From: the human T2T-CHM13v2.0 reference genome, Homo sapiens
NCBI RefSeq assembly: GCF_009914755.1
Contig: NC_060930.1
DNA: 64,000 bases
Strand: one strand, 5' to 3'
Positions 32,578 to 47,661 of the stretch are shown here, piece after piece. Below the pieces are notes generated by a model. That model was given only the letters and a program-made list of their open reading frames with translations, made no database searches and was not told the origin of the DNA. Positions within the stretch are counted from its first letter, which is position 1. Every line of letters begins with the position of its first letter. The translations under genes and the position numbers were made by a program.

Positions 32578-32872
32578 GGTGATTCCCAAACCTGTGGTAT
32601 ATCAGATTTTTCAGTAAAACTTTAACAGATAGGTAAATGATAGAAAAATAGATAATAAAGTTTGAAATAAATTTAGAGGGATAGATTTATATATACATAC
32701 ATAGATATATACAGGAATATGCAGATGATAGACATAGATCTATAGATACAGACACATATATCACTTACCGTTATCCAGGCATGCTAAATAAATCTCTGAG
32801 AATAGGGCCCAGGGATCTATGTTTAAGAGAGTTCCCTAGTTGCTTCTTATGCTTAGCCAAATCTGAGAAGCC
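32578..32872. mobile_element. MER5-type hAT relic split by TAGA/TA low-complexity repeat (~32628-32762)
   Basis: Ends gtgattcccaaacctg... and ...aaatctgagaagcc, with interior aatctctgagaatagggcccagggatctatg. Confidence 0.5.
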
Positions 32873-35800
32873 TTGAACTTGACGATTTCCCGGGTCCCTT
32901 CCGTTCTTAAATTCTGTCCTTTTGTTTTATTAATATTTTTAAACAGAACTATTTTTAGATGGGACATGTAAAAGACCTGGTCTCTCATTGACTTCTTTTC
33001 CTTTTATCAGCCCATTTCCCCGAGTGTCCCACCATCAGGATGGCATATAAAACAAATTCACTAGGTGACCCTCACATTCCAAATTCCACTCCTTCCTCTT
33101 TTGCTGATGTAAGGGTCCTTATCTCAGTGTTTCTCCTAATTTAAATTACAGTGACAACCCTTTAGGTTATCTTCTTGCTTGCACAATTAACAGACTGCAG
33201 CTGTACAAAATGCTGACCCAGGCATTCTGCTGTAGTATCCTATAGAACACACACGTAACTCCACTTTTGCTTTATTAAACTGCTTGCCAATCAGATTGCA
33301 ATTTTTGCTTCTACGCTTTTGAAGCCTGCCAAGCTCTTCTGAATCCATTTTCTCTGATGTGCTAGCACCTATTGCAACTCAGGTGGCTGGACAGCCAGTG
33401 GATGCTAATTTTTATTCTGAAGACTTATAGACCAAGTCTATATTCTTGATTGTATACATTCCCCAATAGGGGGGTGTGCATAACCGTGAAAATTCAGAGG
33501 TAATCCCAAAGTCTTCTGCTAATTCAGAATTGCAAACTTCCTGCCCACCAAATTAGCATAGCTAATTTGCGTATTGTCCCCTATAATCACTTTCTTAACT
33601 CCTGTCTACCCTCTGGTGTGGTGGAGGTGCTAATGAGCAGAGAAATGAGTTAGACATAGGAAGTACAAGGCATCAAGAAACATGATAATTAGTCCCTAAA
33701 TAATGAAAATGGGGAAGGGTTTACACTTCCATATTCTTTCTTTTTTGCCTCTGTTTTACTTCTCATTTAAGACAGCAAAAATACTCAATTATATTCAACA
33801 AATATTCATTCAGCACCTACCGTTGTTCAGAACTGTGCTCAGCACTGACAAGTTACACAGGGAAATTAAACATATTGCATTCTCTACCCTAAAGGGCTAG
33901 TCAATCTAGTATACAGAATAAGACTCAGAAACTGATGTTTCTAATCTAAAATATAATGTAAGCATTTCTCAGTTCCTTACTGCCTAAATTTCTTTGCCAG
34001 AGTTTAACTAATTGAGTTATATAAGCACATCTCTCCAACAAATGTTTGCAATCTAAGTGTGTCAATACACACTAATGTACTCAGTGGTAGAGCCAATATA
34101 GAATGGTTCCATTTGCAGCTTTTGTTCACAGTGCAATCTTGTCTGTTGTACTAACAGAGACTGGAAAACATCAGGCATAATAATTCTGCCTTTAGAAATT
34201 TGGACAAACTTGGGGGCTCTAAAAATGACAGTCAGTAGTTTCCCCTGGGGTCTTCTCACATACATAGAACCAGAATTGCCAAGCTCAGATGTATGCCTCA
34301 AAGTTTTGAGCAAGTTATAAAGTGTATTTCTGCTACAATGAATGGGCATACTGTTATTATTATTAACATCATATAATACAGACTAAAATGTCAAGGTTAT
34401 AGCACAATATCAACAGTAATGATAAAAAACAAAGATTGTGAGTTTTCATGTGGGAATTTTACCACTTGAATATATTAGAAAGGAAAAAGAATACAGCCAG
34501 TGTTTCTACTCTAATAGTAACAGTATTTGTGGAAAAACAAGTAAATTGTTTATTAAACATGGGTGCTTTTAAAGTCATCGTAAGACATTTTTATGCCACA
34601 GTAGTGATTGAACTAAAATTATTAACTCATATTTATTGCTTAAATTAATCTCCTCAAAAGGGCCAACAAAAATCGTAATATTCAAAAGTGTGCAACAATG
34701 CCAAAAAATGGACAACTTCTGGAAAAAGACAGATATTAAAGATATATATGTGAATGACTATCTCAAGCCAAGTTTTAAAGTAAAACAAATATAATAGTTT
34801 GTCCCCATCCTAAAGCTGGCTTACAGGGACCCTTAATCAAGCTAGACCTGGACTCCATAAAATACATCAATTACCATGAGTGTCTTTCTTGGTGTCCTGG
34901 ATTTATAAGGGTGTCCTTCTACTTATAGTGTTCTTGGGTTACTCACTAAAATGGAAAATAAGATTTTTACCCACATTAGGAGTTTTGATGCAGCTTCAGC
35001 AAGTCCATGGAGTCCATTACCAAGTTGTTTTTATTTGCACTTCATCGTGGGAACCCTACTGTGCTCCTACTTTTACTATTCAAGGGTATTTACCTTTGCT
35101 TATTTCTGAGACCAGGAGTGATGTATCAAAATTTGCATCCTCTTTAGAATTGCTTTGATAACACTTCTTCATTCTCATCAGATTCCACTAATTGGTATGG
35201 CTATGAGTATGTCCCCTGGTTAGCATAACCTCTGTTAAATATTGAGAGAAAACCACTACTACATATTTCTTTCTCTGAGTTGTAGAAGCAGACCAAATAT
35301 GTTCTCCTGAGTAGATTTGGAGAAGTCACCATTGATGATTTCGTTATGTCATTCAACAAACATGTTATACTGTGCCCTACATGAGATGATCGCTCAGGTG
35401 ATCTGGATGTAGTGATGAAGAGAACAGGCAGGTTTCAGGTCTCAGAAAGTTTAGAGTCTAATGGGTTGAGCCATCCATGTTGGCTCCATTTCAGATTCTT
35501 CAGATTTCATTTCAGAAATCTTCAGAGTCCTCAAAGGCTTTCCATTTCAGAGTCTTCAGATTTGGATGCCCATGAATTCCTACTGGGCTCTGGGTACACC
35601 TCACGCCCTCTTTAGCAAGTCCTTTCCCCCGGCCCCATACAAAGCCACTATGATACCAAACATTCTCCTAAAAGGTTCAGTGCAAAACTACCATTTAGTT
35701 CTCCAGCTTTAGTACTATACCTTTTCAGTGTCCAAAAAGCTGAAATCCACATTGTATACCTACAGGGAAATGCAGAGAGACACTGAAAGGGGGATCCTTG

Positions 35801-38192
35801 TTTATATGTCCAATGCATGTTATATGCAATCCCACACACTCACTAAAAACAAAATTGCTCCTTCACCAAATAATTTAAAGTAGCTGAAGAAACAGATTTC
35901 AGAATATTTGTTGATTTGTTTTTGTAATACTCAATCGAAACAGTTTTCTTGATGCCTTCCCTGAGTTTCATGAAAATGGAGATGTAGTCATTATCCTGTA
36001 AACAATTCTTTGATATACTGTACCTGAGGATTAAAGCTTATTTTTCCCACCAGATTCAATAATTCCTATTTAAATAGCTTTTCCATACTCCTATGCTCAC
36101 AGAACTTTTTTTTTCACTGTAGATACATATGCCAAAGGAAAGTTTCTTATCATAGACATTAAAAAAAAATTCTTTGTAAGAATTTCTCACCCAGGAAGAG
36201 AATCCATGTTCCCAGGGGTCTGTGTTCCAATGGCATTTTTCTGTTCAGTTCTAAATGCTTAGTCACTTTTCTCACTGTCTGCAGCCACCTAATACATCTC
36301 AGCTGGGCAGAGGAGACCTGAGCTGTATATTCTGCTCTGGGACTGGTTAAGTGTGCGGGCTGAGGATTACCTCATAGGTCTCCATGCATCCAAGGGGATA
36401 GTCTGTTTTCAGAACATTGTGAAACTCCACTGCGAACATCCACTGTTAACTTGAATTTGCAGAACACATAAAATTTGAGCCACTATTCAGATCTTTGTTT
36501 ACTCGGTTTGTTAGTTGTCTTTCTTCTTTTTTTGTTTATTCAGATCTCTCATATGATTTTTTTTGTTTGTTTTGTTTCTGTGGGTTGAAAGTGGAGAGCT
36601 TCATTTCACTGTACATACATGGACTAGAGTCTTTCATGCCCATTGGACTCCACAGTGACTCCAGGGAGGCATTTAAAGTGTGAAAAGCAAACCTTGTTCA
36701 TTTTACCTCGACAAATGTGAATGGCTTTATGGAGAGGGGCAAAGAATATTGTCCTATATTGAGGAAACAGGAGGTAGAAAAATAAGTTTAAAAAAAGAGA
36801 GGAGAGACGTTTCAGAAAAAAAAAAAAGATTACCTTCCAGTTCTAGAAGAAAATACTCTGAATTTGATTACCCACTCTTATGGTAAGATCAGACTATTCT
36901 CAGACTCTGCTTCTGAGTGGCCAAATCAACATAAACATATCCTGCTGCTTAGTGGGTGGATTTTTAGCATCATGCAAATTGAATATTTGGTATTCCCCCA
37001 AATCAGGATTTCTCTCTTAAAGGACAGCAGTTTTGATGCGTAAAGCTTGGAAAGTTCTGGTGAGATTGATGTTGCAGCTCAGAACCCTGACATTCGGATT
37101 AAAGTAGTACAGAAATGAATCTTGTATTTGACATTTAAAAGGGAGGCTTTTCTACTGCCCGTGGTTTCCTAAATCATACCAAAGGAACTGCCATGACAGA
37201 AAGGCTTGAGAAATCCCTTCCATTCATTCTGTATTTTCCCACATTATGGCCAATGAATTGAGACTCAGAGTTATTACATGTTTGGTGTCACAGCAACATA
37301 CAAACTAGTGAAGCAATTCACGAAAACTAACAATCATTCCCTTTTTATGGATAAAATAGCAAAATTTGATTTGTCAACCACATCCACTGGGATCTTTAAG
37401 AAAGCATAACATTTGAAATGGTTCTCTTCCTTCTTCCTGAATATGTGCTCTTTTTTGAGCAACAGGGCAGGTAGTAAGTAGGTATGCGCTACTACAATTT
37501 GAATGTTTACAAAAGAATTTCAATAGTTCAATGGAGTGTTTCATATAAATAGAAATTTTATGGTCTTTATTTTGAAATACTACAATGTATCAGCTTTATA
37601 GTTATGTTTACAAATTCTCATACATTCAAGATCAATTAATATATAAGTCCAACATGTTTATTAAATATACCCACATGGTTTTCAAAATTTTAGAGTGGAA
37701 AACTTTAAAATTGTTTTCCACAAAAAAAATATGTAATCAAATGCACAAAATATGTTTTTCAAATGTCGTGGATTTGAATCTCCAATAATGATGTATAGAT
37801 TAGAGCAGATCTTCAAAGCACAATTATTTATCCTTGACTAGGTTATACAAGAGTCTTCTTGTATTTACAAATGCTTTATTTCATATCTCTTTTCTAGACA
37901 GTCATACCTACAGTTCAGTTGTCAGTATAATGTGATGTTCTTTACCAAAGACTATAGAAAACATAAATGTTGTAGTTGTGTGTATACATATGTGTGTGTA
38001 TATATGTTCATATAAATACATAAAATTGGAACTGTACCTGGAAAGATTGATTGCATGTTTAACATAGCTTTACAGCAATGAGATGAAAATACATCGGTAA
38101 AATATGCTCACCTAGGCGCTTTCTCTTGGGTTCGCCTATGTTTTATGAATTGAAACCTCTTTGCCATCTCCTTCAATTTATGCAGGAGCTCT

Positions 38193-38546
38193 GGCCGGGT
38201 GCGGTGGCTCACGCCTATAATCCCAGCACTTTGGGAGACCGAGGCAGGCAGATCACGAGGTCAGGAGTTTGAGACCAGCCTGGCCAATATGGTGAAACCC
38301 CGTCTGTACTAAAAAATACAAAAATTAGCCGGGCGTGGTGGCACGCGCCTGTAGTCACAGCTACTCAGGAGGCTGAGGCAGGAGAATAGCTTGAACCCAG
38401 GAGGCAGAGGTTTTAGTGAGCCGAGATCACGACACTGCACTACAGCCTGGGCGACAGAGTGAGACTTCATCTCAAAAACAAAACAAACAAACAAACAAAC
38501 AAAATATAAATATGTGTGTGTGTGTGTGTGTGTATGTGTGTATACA
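38193..38546 (+). mobile_element. AluSg with tail converted to (AAAC)n and (TG)n microsatellites
   Basis: gatcacgaggtcaggagtttgagaccagcc (Sg-type). CAGGAGCT flanks both sides (38183-38190 and 38547-38554). Confidence 0.92.
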
Positions 38547-39256
38547 CAGGAGCTTCTAATTCCAGACCATTTTCCCTGTGTCCTCTTGTCATGCCTAAGT
38601 CATTCATTCACTTCATGAATAGGAAGAAAACCAATTGTCCTAAAGCACTTTTATTTTTAAAGTCAAACTCCTTTTTGCCTTTTTAAATAAACATCTTACC
38701 ACCTCTATAAAATATGTAGCTCTCTTCTATGATCAAACCATTATTGAGATATATACTCGGGACCAGTAGGTCGTAGTCACTATGTTAAGTGCTGAATGTT
38801 CAGAGAAGAAAAGTCCTATAATCCCTTTTCTATTGAGTGCACAACCTTAAGAACAGTCTGGCACCTAAACCATCTAAGAGAAGGGCAAGCACTAGAAGAA
38901 AGGGAGGCACAGTGTGCTGTAGGGCTCATTGCCAAACTTGTTGACTCTGAAGATTACTAAAAAATCACTGGAAGAGATCAGATGTGAGCCGATTTGGAAG
39001 GATGGATGGTGAGTGGAGTAGTAGGGGATAGTGGTTAACGGAAAGGAGTTCCAAATAAAAGGAAGAGAGAGAACAAAATTTCAGAACTGTAGCACCATAT
39101 GGCATGTTCTGGGAGCTAAGAGTAGATCTATATCCTTGCAGAAGAAGATGGAGAAGGAGTAAGAATTTAATGCTGAATAGGTAGGATGGGCTCGGGTAAT
39201 AAACGGTCTTGCATGATAAACTGAGATTTTAGGGATTCCTACCAAAAGAAAGAAAA

Positions 39257-39338
39257 AGAGAGAGAGACAGAGAGACAGAGAGAGAGAGAGAGAGACAGAG
39301 AGAGAGAGAGAGACAGAGAGACAGAGAGAGAGAGAGAA
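39257..39338 (+). repeat. Compound (GA)n/(GACAGA)n microsatellite
   Basis: Direct reading. Confidence 0.95.
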
Positions 39339-41666
39339 GGAGCAGTCATTTAAAGGTTCTAAGTAGCAAAATTAAAAAAGAAAAATTATTTTAAACTGAA
39401 GATGGGGATCAAAATGAGAAATAACAATTAGGAAGCTGTTGCATAATCCAGTGGCCATGGTGACGATGAGGGGAGACAGATCTGGGAAACATTAGGAAGA
39501 CTGAATCCACATAAATTCATTCCAGATTTAATGTGAACCTTAAGAGAGAGGAAGTCAAGAATTATGCTTACCAGTATTCCTCCTTGGACATTTTAATGGA
39601 TGTTTATGCCATTATATGAGATGGCTGAAAAGGATTTGGTGGTGAAGCAGGAGGTAGGGATAGAGATAAGTATAGTTTATCTCCATTTTGAATTTGAAAT
39701 ATTGAAGACCTTTACATGGAGATATTCAGATGGTTGAATTTATGAGTTTGGGGTTCAGAAGAAAGACTCAGAAGCCTAGAATTGAGAGGCACTATTTTAA
39801 GTTATAGATAAAATAAGATTTCCCAGGAAACATGTGTAGCTAAAAAATAAGTAGGGTGAGTTTGGGACGCATATTTTTAAGGTGATGGTGAAAGCCCATG
39901 TAGGTGTAGCTGGAACAACCAGAAGAAAACTGTCAGCAGAAGCAAGGGCGACCAGCATGTTCCATAACTCTTTGCCTCCATCAAGTCCCAGAGAGTCGTT
40001 GTATGTATGAAAGATGAATTAATTAAGTTGCATATGTAATGTGAATATAGAATTAAATATAGACATTAATCAATTAAATAAATACATCACACACACACAC
40101 ACAAAAAACAAAAGTCATAAAACTAGTCTTCATATCATCGATTTCCCATCACACGTGTACCACACATTCTACTTGAACTACAGCTCTGTAGTTTGGTAAA
40201 GCTTCTCTTTGCTTGTATTTCATTATCGGGAGCTCTCATTTACAAACCTCTGTTTTATTTCCCCACAATAAAAGAGATGCAGTTATTTAACTACGCAGTC
40301 ATTCAAATCCTTTGGGAAAAAATTATGGGAGTTTGCTAAAATTTTAAAAAAGAAAGTAACTTGGGAGCATTAGCATTTTTATATCCACATTCTACTTTTT
40401 TCAAATTATTCTTTTCCCTTTGCTCTCTGCCCTTGTCCTTTAATTATTTAAGATGTACTGTTTTCCATGGAAAAGCAAGATGGTTCAAAATTACTAGGAT
40501 TGAGTATTTTCCCTTAAGCCTTCATTATAGTATTCAGGAGGAGAGAGTAAAGGTGCCAGCTATTAAACTGCTGCTCTCTAGAGAACTTGCGTGAAGATTT
40601 TACATTCCTTTACTATCAACCTCAGTGGCGCTGACAATTGTAACTTCGATGAGAACAACATAAACATACATAAAAGCTTTTTCTTATGAAAATCATCACA
40701 AATTAATGCAAGCATCAATAAATTTGTATAAAAATTGAAATAAGAAAAATAGATAAAGGGATCAGTTTTTATTGTTTCTAAGCCAGGATAAACAGTGAAA
40801 TGAAATGACTAAATGATGAAAAATGAACACATTGAAATATACTATGGAGACAGTAAGTGTCTGTTTGTCTTAGGAATTTCATGGGTCTAAAGTAATTTTG
40901 TATTAAATGGACATCTTAACTATGGAAGGTGGTCTTTGTTTGTTTGTTTTTTTAACAATGAAACAATGAACTGTTAGCACTTGACTATTTTTTTCCCATG
41001 GCCCGTGGCTACTTATTTTAATGACCCAAGGAAGTAACAAGAGGCTTGTTCACACATTAAAATGACCTGGGATCATTAACTTTTACCTTGACAACCAAAA
41101 ATGAGTCTGTTCAAATGATTAAAGACACTTAGGATCCAGAATTGCAATTAGTGAAACATTTCTTTAAATATTGTAGGACCCAGTGACTACATTGATACTG
41201 ATGAGTTGAGGTCATAGAAGATGGAATAAATCAATTTTTCAACACATATATTCACTGGTCTGAATACTATTCAATTCCTTTACAACTTTCTGTTTATTAT
41301 CTGTTCCTCATGAATTGCTAAATTTAGGAAAAATCCTACTGTGCCCAACATTTCAACTCTGATGAAGAAGAAAGAAGAATCCCTAATCTGTATTTCAGAA
41401 AGCTAATATGACACCTGTGCCAGAGGCCACTAGTTAAAGAAACCAGGAAAGGAAAAGCAGTCTTGTCTTCTCTAAAAATATCTATGAAGTAGGATAGGAA
41501 AGTCTTGGTTGCTTTTTGGATAGAAAAGTAACCTTAGCAACTATGGTATCTGATAAGAGAATACTATTACTGTGTGTTCACCTGGTTATATAGTGAAAGC
41601 AGAATTATTAGAAGCACAGGTAAAAAACAAAGTAGTTATAACTATCCTCTTCAAATATGTGTCCTT

Positions 41667-43075
41667 CAGTAACCAAAACAGCATGGTACTGGTACAAAAA
41701 CAGGCGCACAGACCAGTGGAACAGAATAGAGAACTTACAAATAAAATTGCACGTCTACAACAATCTGATATTCAACAAACTCGACAAAAGTAAGCAATGG
41801 GGAAAGGATTCCCTATTTAATAAATTGTGCTGGGAAAACTGGCTAGCCATATGCGTAAAACTGAAACTAGATCCCTTCCTTACACCTTACACAAAAATTA
41901 ACTCAGGATGTTTAAAAGGCTTACATGTAAAACCCAAAACAATTAAAACCCTAGCAGAAAATCTAGGGAATACTGTTCAGGACATAGGTATGGGCAAAGA
42001 CTTTATGATGAAATTGCCAAAAGCAATTGCAACAGCAGCAACAAATGACAAATGGGATCTAATTAAACTAAAGAGCTTCTGCACAGCAAATAAAACTATC
42101 ATCAGAGTGAACAGACAACCTACAGAATGGGAAAAAATGTTTGCAATCTATCCATCTGACAAAGGCCTAACATCCAGAATCTACAAAGAACTTAAGCAAA
42201 TTTACAAGAAAAAAACAACCCCATTAAAAAGTGGGCAAAGGATATGAACAGACACTTCTCAAAAAAGGACATACATACAGCCAACAAACACAGGAAAAAT
42301 AGTTCAACATCACTGATCATTAGAGTAATGCAAATCAAAACCACAATGAGATACCATCTCGTACCAGTCAGAATGACAATTAGTAAAAAGTCAGGGAACA
42401 ACAGATGCTGACGAGGCTGTGGAGAGATATGAATGCTTTTACACTGTTGGTGGGAATGTAAATTAGTTCAACCATTGTGGAAGACAGTGTGGCAATTCCT
42501 CAAAGATTTAGAACCAGAAATACCATTTGATTCAGCAATCCCATTACTGCATATACACCCAAAGGAATATAAACCATTCTATTATAAAGATACATGCATG
42601 AGTATGTTCATTGCAGCACTATTCACAATAGCAAAGACATGTAATCAACCCAAATGCCCATCAATGATAGACTGGATAAAGAAAATGTGGTACACATACA
42701 CCATGGAATACTATGCAGCCATATAAAGGAATGAGATCATGTCCTTTGCAGGGAGATGGATGAAGCTGGAACCCATCATCCTCAGCAAGCTAATGCAGGA
42801 ACAGAAAAACAAACACTACATGTTCTCGCTTATAAGTGGGAGCTGAACAATGAGAACACATGGACATGAGAGGAGAACAACATTTACTAGGGCCTATTGG
42901 GGGAGGGTGGAGGTGAGAGAGCATTAGAGAAAAGAGCTGGTGCATGTTGGGCTTAATACCTGGGTGACGGGTTAATAAGTGCAGTAGACCACCATGGCAC
43001 ATGTTCACCTATGTAACAAACCTGCACACCCTGCACATGTACCCCAGAATTTAATTGAAAAAAAAATTTTTTTAA
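41667..43075 (+). mobile_element. 5'-truncated L1PA (L1PA8-11-like), ~1.4 kb
   Basis: ORF2 C-terminal peptides ([11 protein letters not shown]...), 3'UTR and A-tail. TSD ATGTGTCCTT at 41657-41666 and 43076-43085. Confidence 0.92.
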
Positions 43076-43172
43076 ATGTGTCCTTGAATTTGCTTTATCA
43101 TGATTCTCAAACCGTGGGATTAGACTTTGAGGAAACACATGGAGGAAATTCTGAATGCATTAAAAGGAATGT

Positions 43173-43305
43173 GGCCTGCCATGCTGGCTCAAGCCCATAA
43201 TCCCAGCACTTTGAGAGGCCGAGGCAGGAGGATCCCTTGATCCCAGGAATTCGAGATCAGACCCCCATCTCTTAAAAAATAAAATAAAATAAAATAAATA
43301 AATAA
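43173..43305 (+). mobile_element. Free left Alu monomer (FLAM_C-like) with small internal deletion and (TAAAA)n tail
   Basis: ggctcaagcccataatcccagcactttgagaggccgaggcaggaggatcccttga... Confidence 0.8.
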
Positions 43306-43937
43306 TGGAAATATAATCATAGAATTTAGACTAGCTTATTATGAAACTCATTTTTAAAACTTTAATAAAATCCATCAATATGTTGTAGAATTCCTTGAGC
43401 CAGTATCTTGCCCTAATTTTCCTCTTACCATTTGTTTTCTTTTTTGCTGAAGCCCTTTGTTGTATCCACCATTATTAAGCTCATTAAAAGTTTATCCTCG
43501 CCTTTCATCACTACATTTAACCTATACTAATTTGAACATTTACATATCAAAGTCCAGAAAATAAATGATCAATTTATTCACCAAATAATTCCATTGTATT
43601 TCCAATGTCTAAATGTCAGATTAGATTATATTAATTTTTGAGTAGAAGAAATATAAGTTTATCCATTCCTTGGAATATCTTGATGGCTTAGGGTATTATG
43701 GAAACTTTCAGTAAGGTGTTTTTTAGAAGGGTTCTTTAGCATATAAACAACAACATAACTTTAGAAAATTACCCTTCAGCCTGACACAGCTATCTTTAAT
43801 TGTCCGTATTGCCTTTTTGTTCCCATCCTCCCCTCATTCATAACTATAAATCTACATGCTGATTTTTAATCTGAAAGTTTATCCTGGTTTTTCTATGTTG
43901 CTACATAGACTTTGTATTTAATGACATCTGTTTATTA

Positions 43938-44328
43938 TTATGGCAGGGTGGGTTTTCTGGAGACAGACACTGAGAGTTTGGAGTGCAAGATGTGGGTTCG
44001 AGATTAACATCTGTAAAGACAAGAGGAGGGGACAGGGCTGCATGTGGAGAAAGCTCAACAGTGAAGGAGGCATAATAGCATGTCTCCAACTCTGCAAGGA
44101 GCTCTGGAGTGAGTACTAACTGTCCAAGTGCCCCATTCTGGGCCCAAAGGGCTAGGCCCCTCCACTTTCACTCTGCATAATCATCTGATTTGGGCTGCTC
44201 TGGGTAGGGCATGACCTCAGGAAAGTGGGTTCCTTGATGCTGAAGCTGACCATGAACGAACTGTCACTGGAGACTGCCTACTGTCCACACTCCCTGAAGG
44301 CGGGCAGTAGATCCCCAAGTCCACCACA
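43938..44328 (-). mobile_element. ERVL LTR (LTR16C-like), followed by a MaLR (MLT1-like) fragment to ~44720
   Basis: Antisense similarity to recalled LTR16 (gggttttctggagacagacactgaga...ggagctctggagtgag...gggcatgacctcagg). Confidence 0.6.
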
Positions 44329-45977
44329 CTCATCCATCTTTGATTGCTCATGACAGAAACGAAAGTCAGGCAGGCTGAAATTCTACCGTAGATCCAGGAA
44401 TAGCTAGATGCATGTGCTCAATGGACACTGAGAGGAATCTGTATTTCCTTTTCATTTCTATGTTGACTGTGTTCTTGGGTAGGTTCTTCCTTCCTACTGA
44501 CAAATGTGGCTACCAACAGCCAGAGCTGACAGAGCACACTGCTATGTGAAGGTTTGCAGCAAATTTCCAGGGACTGACACTGATTCAGCAAAGGGTCTAC
44601 CCTAGGAATTTAGGGACATGAATGGAAAGCTGTGAAGGCTGATTATTCACTGAAAGATCGAGATGCTATTGCTCAAAGAAGACAGAAGGGATGTCGGACC
44701 GGCAAAAACTATAATTGTTTATTTTCCTTGATAGTCATAGGTCTAAGGGGTAAGCAGCTGAGTTAAGCTAGGCCAATCATTTCATACTTCCTGAAATTAG
44801 AAACTAGGCAGAGATATTGTCACTGAGTGTTGTTAGAACTGAATTATCTGAAGGTAGCCACTTAAAGGAGTTTTATTTCTGTAATTATTTTCAAATCAAT
44901 TTTACCATCCTGGCTCTACATTTTTAGAACCTTGGTCAAGCTCTTTATCTGAAAAATGTGAAGAGTAATGGGACATAGAAATAGAAATATTTTTAAACTT
45001 GAAAGACTTAATATACATAAGAAAGCACAAATCCTGACATTTTGTAAGGGATCAGTAATGTAAACTGTTATTGTTATTACTAACAGCAGTAATACTAGTA
45101 GCAGAATAGAACATCTATTAATCAAAGAGCTATCATGGTCTAAATAGCATGCTAGACACTATGCAAACTACAAACACAAATCAAACATAAGTTTTATGCT
45201 TAAGGAGATTCCAGTCTGGTGAAAGGGATAATTAATATATGTTAATTATATACAGTATATTTTACAGCCCATTTGGAAAAATAGACTTTGACTATCTAGC
45301 CCCTATAGAGGTAATTTTACATTATATCATTGCACATTAATTAATCAGATGATTATAAATATATATATACACACACATGTACACATACATATGCATATAA
45401 TGTATGTGTGTTTGTGATAGGCCAAGATAAAGAAAAGAGGAGAAAATATTTTAAACCATTTGAATAGCTTCTAAAATTTATATATATATCTGTGTAATAT
45501 AAACCATGACTGAATTTGTATGCCAACTTCCTGAACAAAAAAAATCAGAATATATTAATCACAGTAGGAAGCTATATGCCTGCTACATATAATTTTAGCC
45601 AATGGCTTAATATATGTTCTTAGCTTAATTACTTCAAAGGGTCAATATTCTAATTCACAAGATTAAACAGAAGACAATTCTTAATCTTAAAGTGTCTATT
45701 TTTAACTCACTGGTGCCGTATCCCTACCTGACTTTAAATATATTGGGGTTTTTCCTTTATTATAAATAGACTGCTTTATTGCCAAGACATGACTAGGTTA
45801 GAACTTAGTTAAAACTTCCCCAGGGCAGGGATTATATCATGTTCATCTGTGTATGTTTGACAGTGCCTAGTATGTAAAAGGTCTTCATACATTTATATCT
45901 TTTTTTAAGTAAAGCAATAAGTGTCTGTCAAGGTCATTAGGAACACAGGTATAGTCTCCCTGACCCAGTACTTTTCT

Positions 45978-46278
<301 letters not shown>

Positions 46279-47029
46279 AACCCAGTACTTTTCTATAAAC
46301 TCTTCGCTAGTAGTCTTCAGTGAGATAGGAGCTTATGCTGGAATATAAATGGACTATATCATAGACACACTGTTTTGTTGAGCTAACCTTTTCTTCACAA
46401 GACTTTCTAAATGAAGAAAGAAATGCACTAATTTACAATGTTAGTTCACCATAGACTGTTTACTGACCTGCTATTTGAAGGAGCATTGGTATAGCGTCTA
46501 TGGTCCAAGCGGCTAAAACTTGGTATCACAAGCAAACCTTAATGCAGAATTTTCTATCTTCAAACATTTGGGTGGCAAGTTAAGTAGCTGGAGATCATTT
46601 TTAAAAAATATTTGAAAGTGAAATTGTTTTTCATTGCCTTCATTTTTGTAGGGTGTATATTATGCTGGTTTCTGTATGAAAATTTAATTAATTATTATGT
46701 TTACTTGTTATAAATTTGTCTTATTCACCATCTGTGCCCTGTGCAAATAAGCAAGAAAAATATTCTAAGTTCTTATCCAAAATAAATGTTTTATTTTTCC
46801 AGTGTTTTATATCCAACCAGGAGGCCTGGATTGTAAGGCCAGTGAAATCTCAGCAGTAGGGTCATGGAGTAAGCTAGCAGTCAAGATGGGCTGGGACTGG
46901 AGACACTGGTCAACCTCTAGGGTCTTCTACCCAAGAAGGAACATTCGGTTCAACATACTATATCCAAAATGACATGGAAAAGATTGTTGAACAACAGAGA
47001 AAACATATACATTTACTACAGATGTGAAT

Positions 47030-47086
47030 GGTACTTCCTACAATTGTGCTGAGCACAATCTGTACAATTTCATGTGGCGGTCCTGA
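47030..47086. mobile_element. MER91-like hAT-Tip100 terminal fragment
   Basis: ttgtgctgagcacaatctgtacaatttcatgtggcggtcctg resembles the recalled MER91 end. Confidence 0.4.
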
Positions 47087-47661
47087 CCTCTATGGGTCAG
47101 TAGATGGGTCATAGATACTATACCAAGACATACCTAAGGATGTCCAATCAAATGTTTGAGTGTAATAGCAAAAGTGTAGATGCTTGAAAATGTCAAGGGT
47201 CAAGATGGACAGCAATGCCTTACTTCTAGTTGACAAATCTGCTGAAGAATAGGGCCATAACTAATGGCTACTACCATAAAAAGTAGAATCCAACCCTCAA
47301 GGGAAATTGGGGCTTATAAAAAAAACAATTTTTTAGAGTTCTAGCCAAATTGTCTAGAATTTGTGATAAAATTAATGTCTTTAAAGAACAAGTGGTCCAA
47401 CAGTAAGAATCAGGAAAATCTATCCCTCTGTGGCCTTCAGATTGGGCAGAGATCCTTGTACATACACCATATATTAATGAGAATTACAGCAGGGGTAATC
47501 TTCAAAATATATTTAATAAACAGCATAGTGTGGTTATCAGCCAATCAGAATAAATGTTGCGTATAGCTGGGAAAACAGGGTTGAGAGGATCTTGCTATGC
47601 TAAGAGTTAACTCTCTAGTTGCTGCATTATGGTGATGAAAATGGCCCGGTTGTCCCATAGA

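Noticed and set aside
46800-47330. Possible processed pseudogene ending in an A-run
   Set aside because: The frames I translated are short and unrecognisable, part resembles a MER91 end, and no TSD was found.
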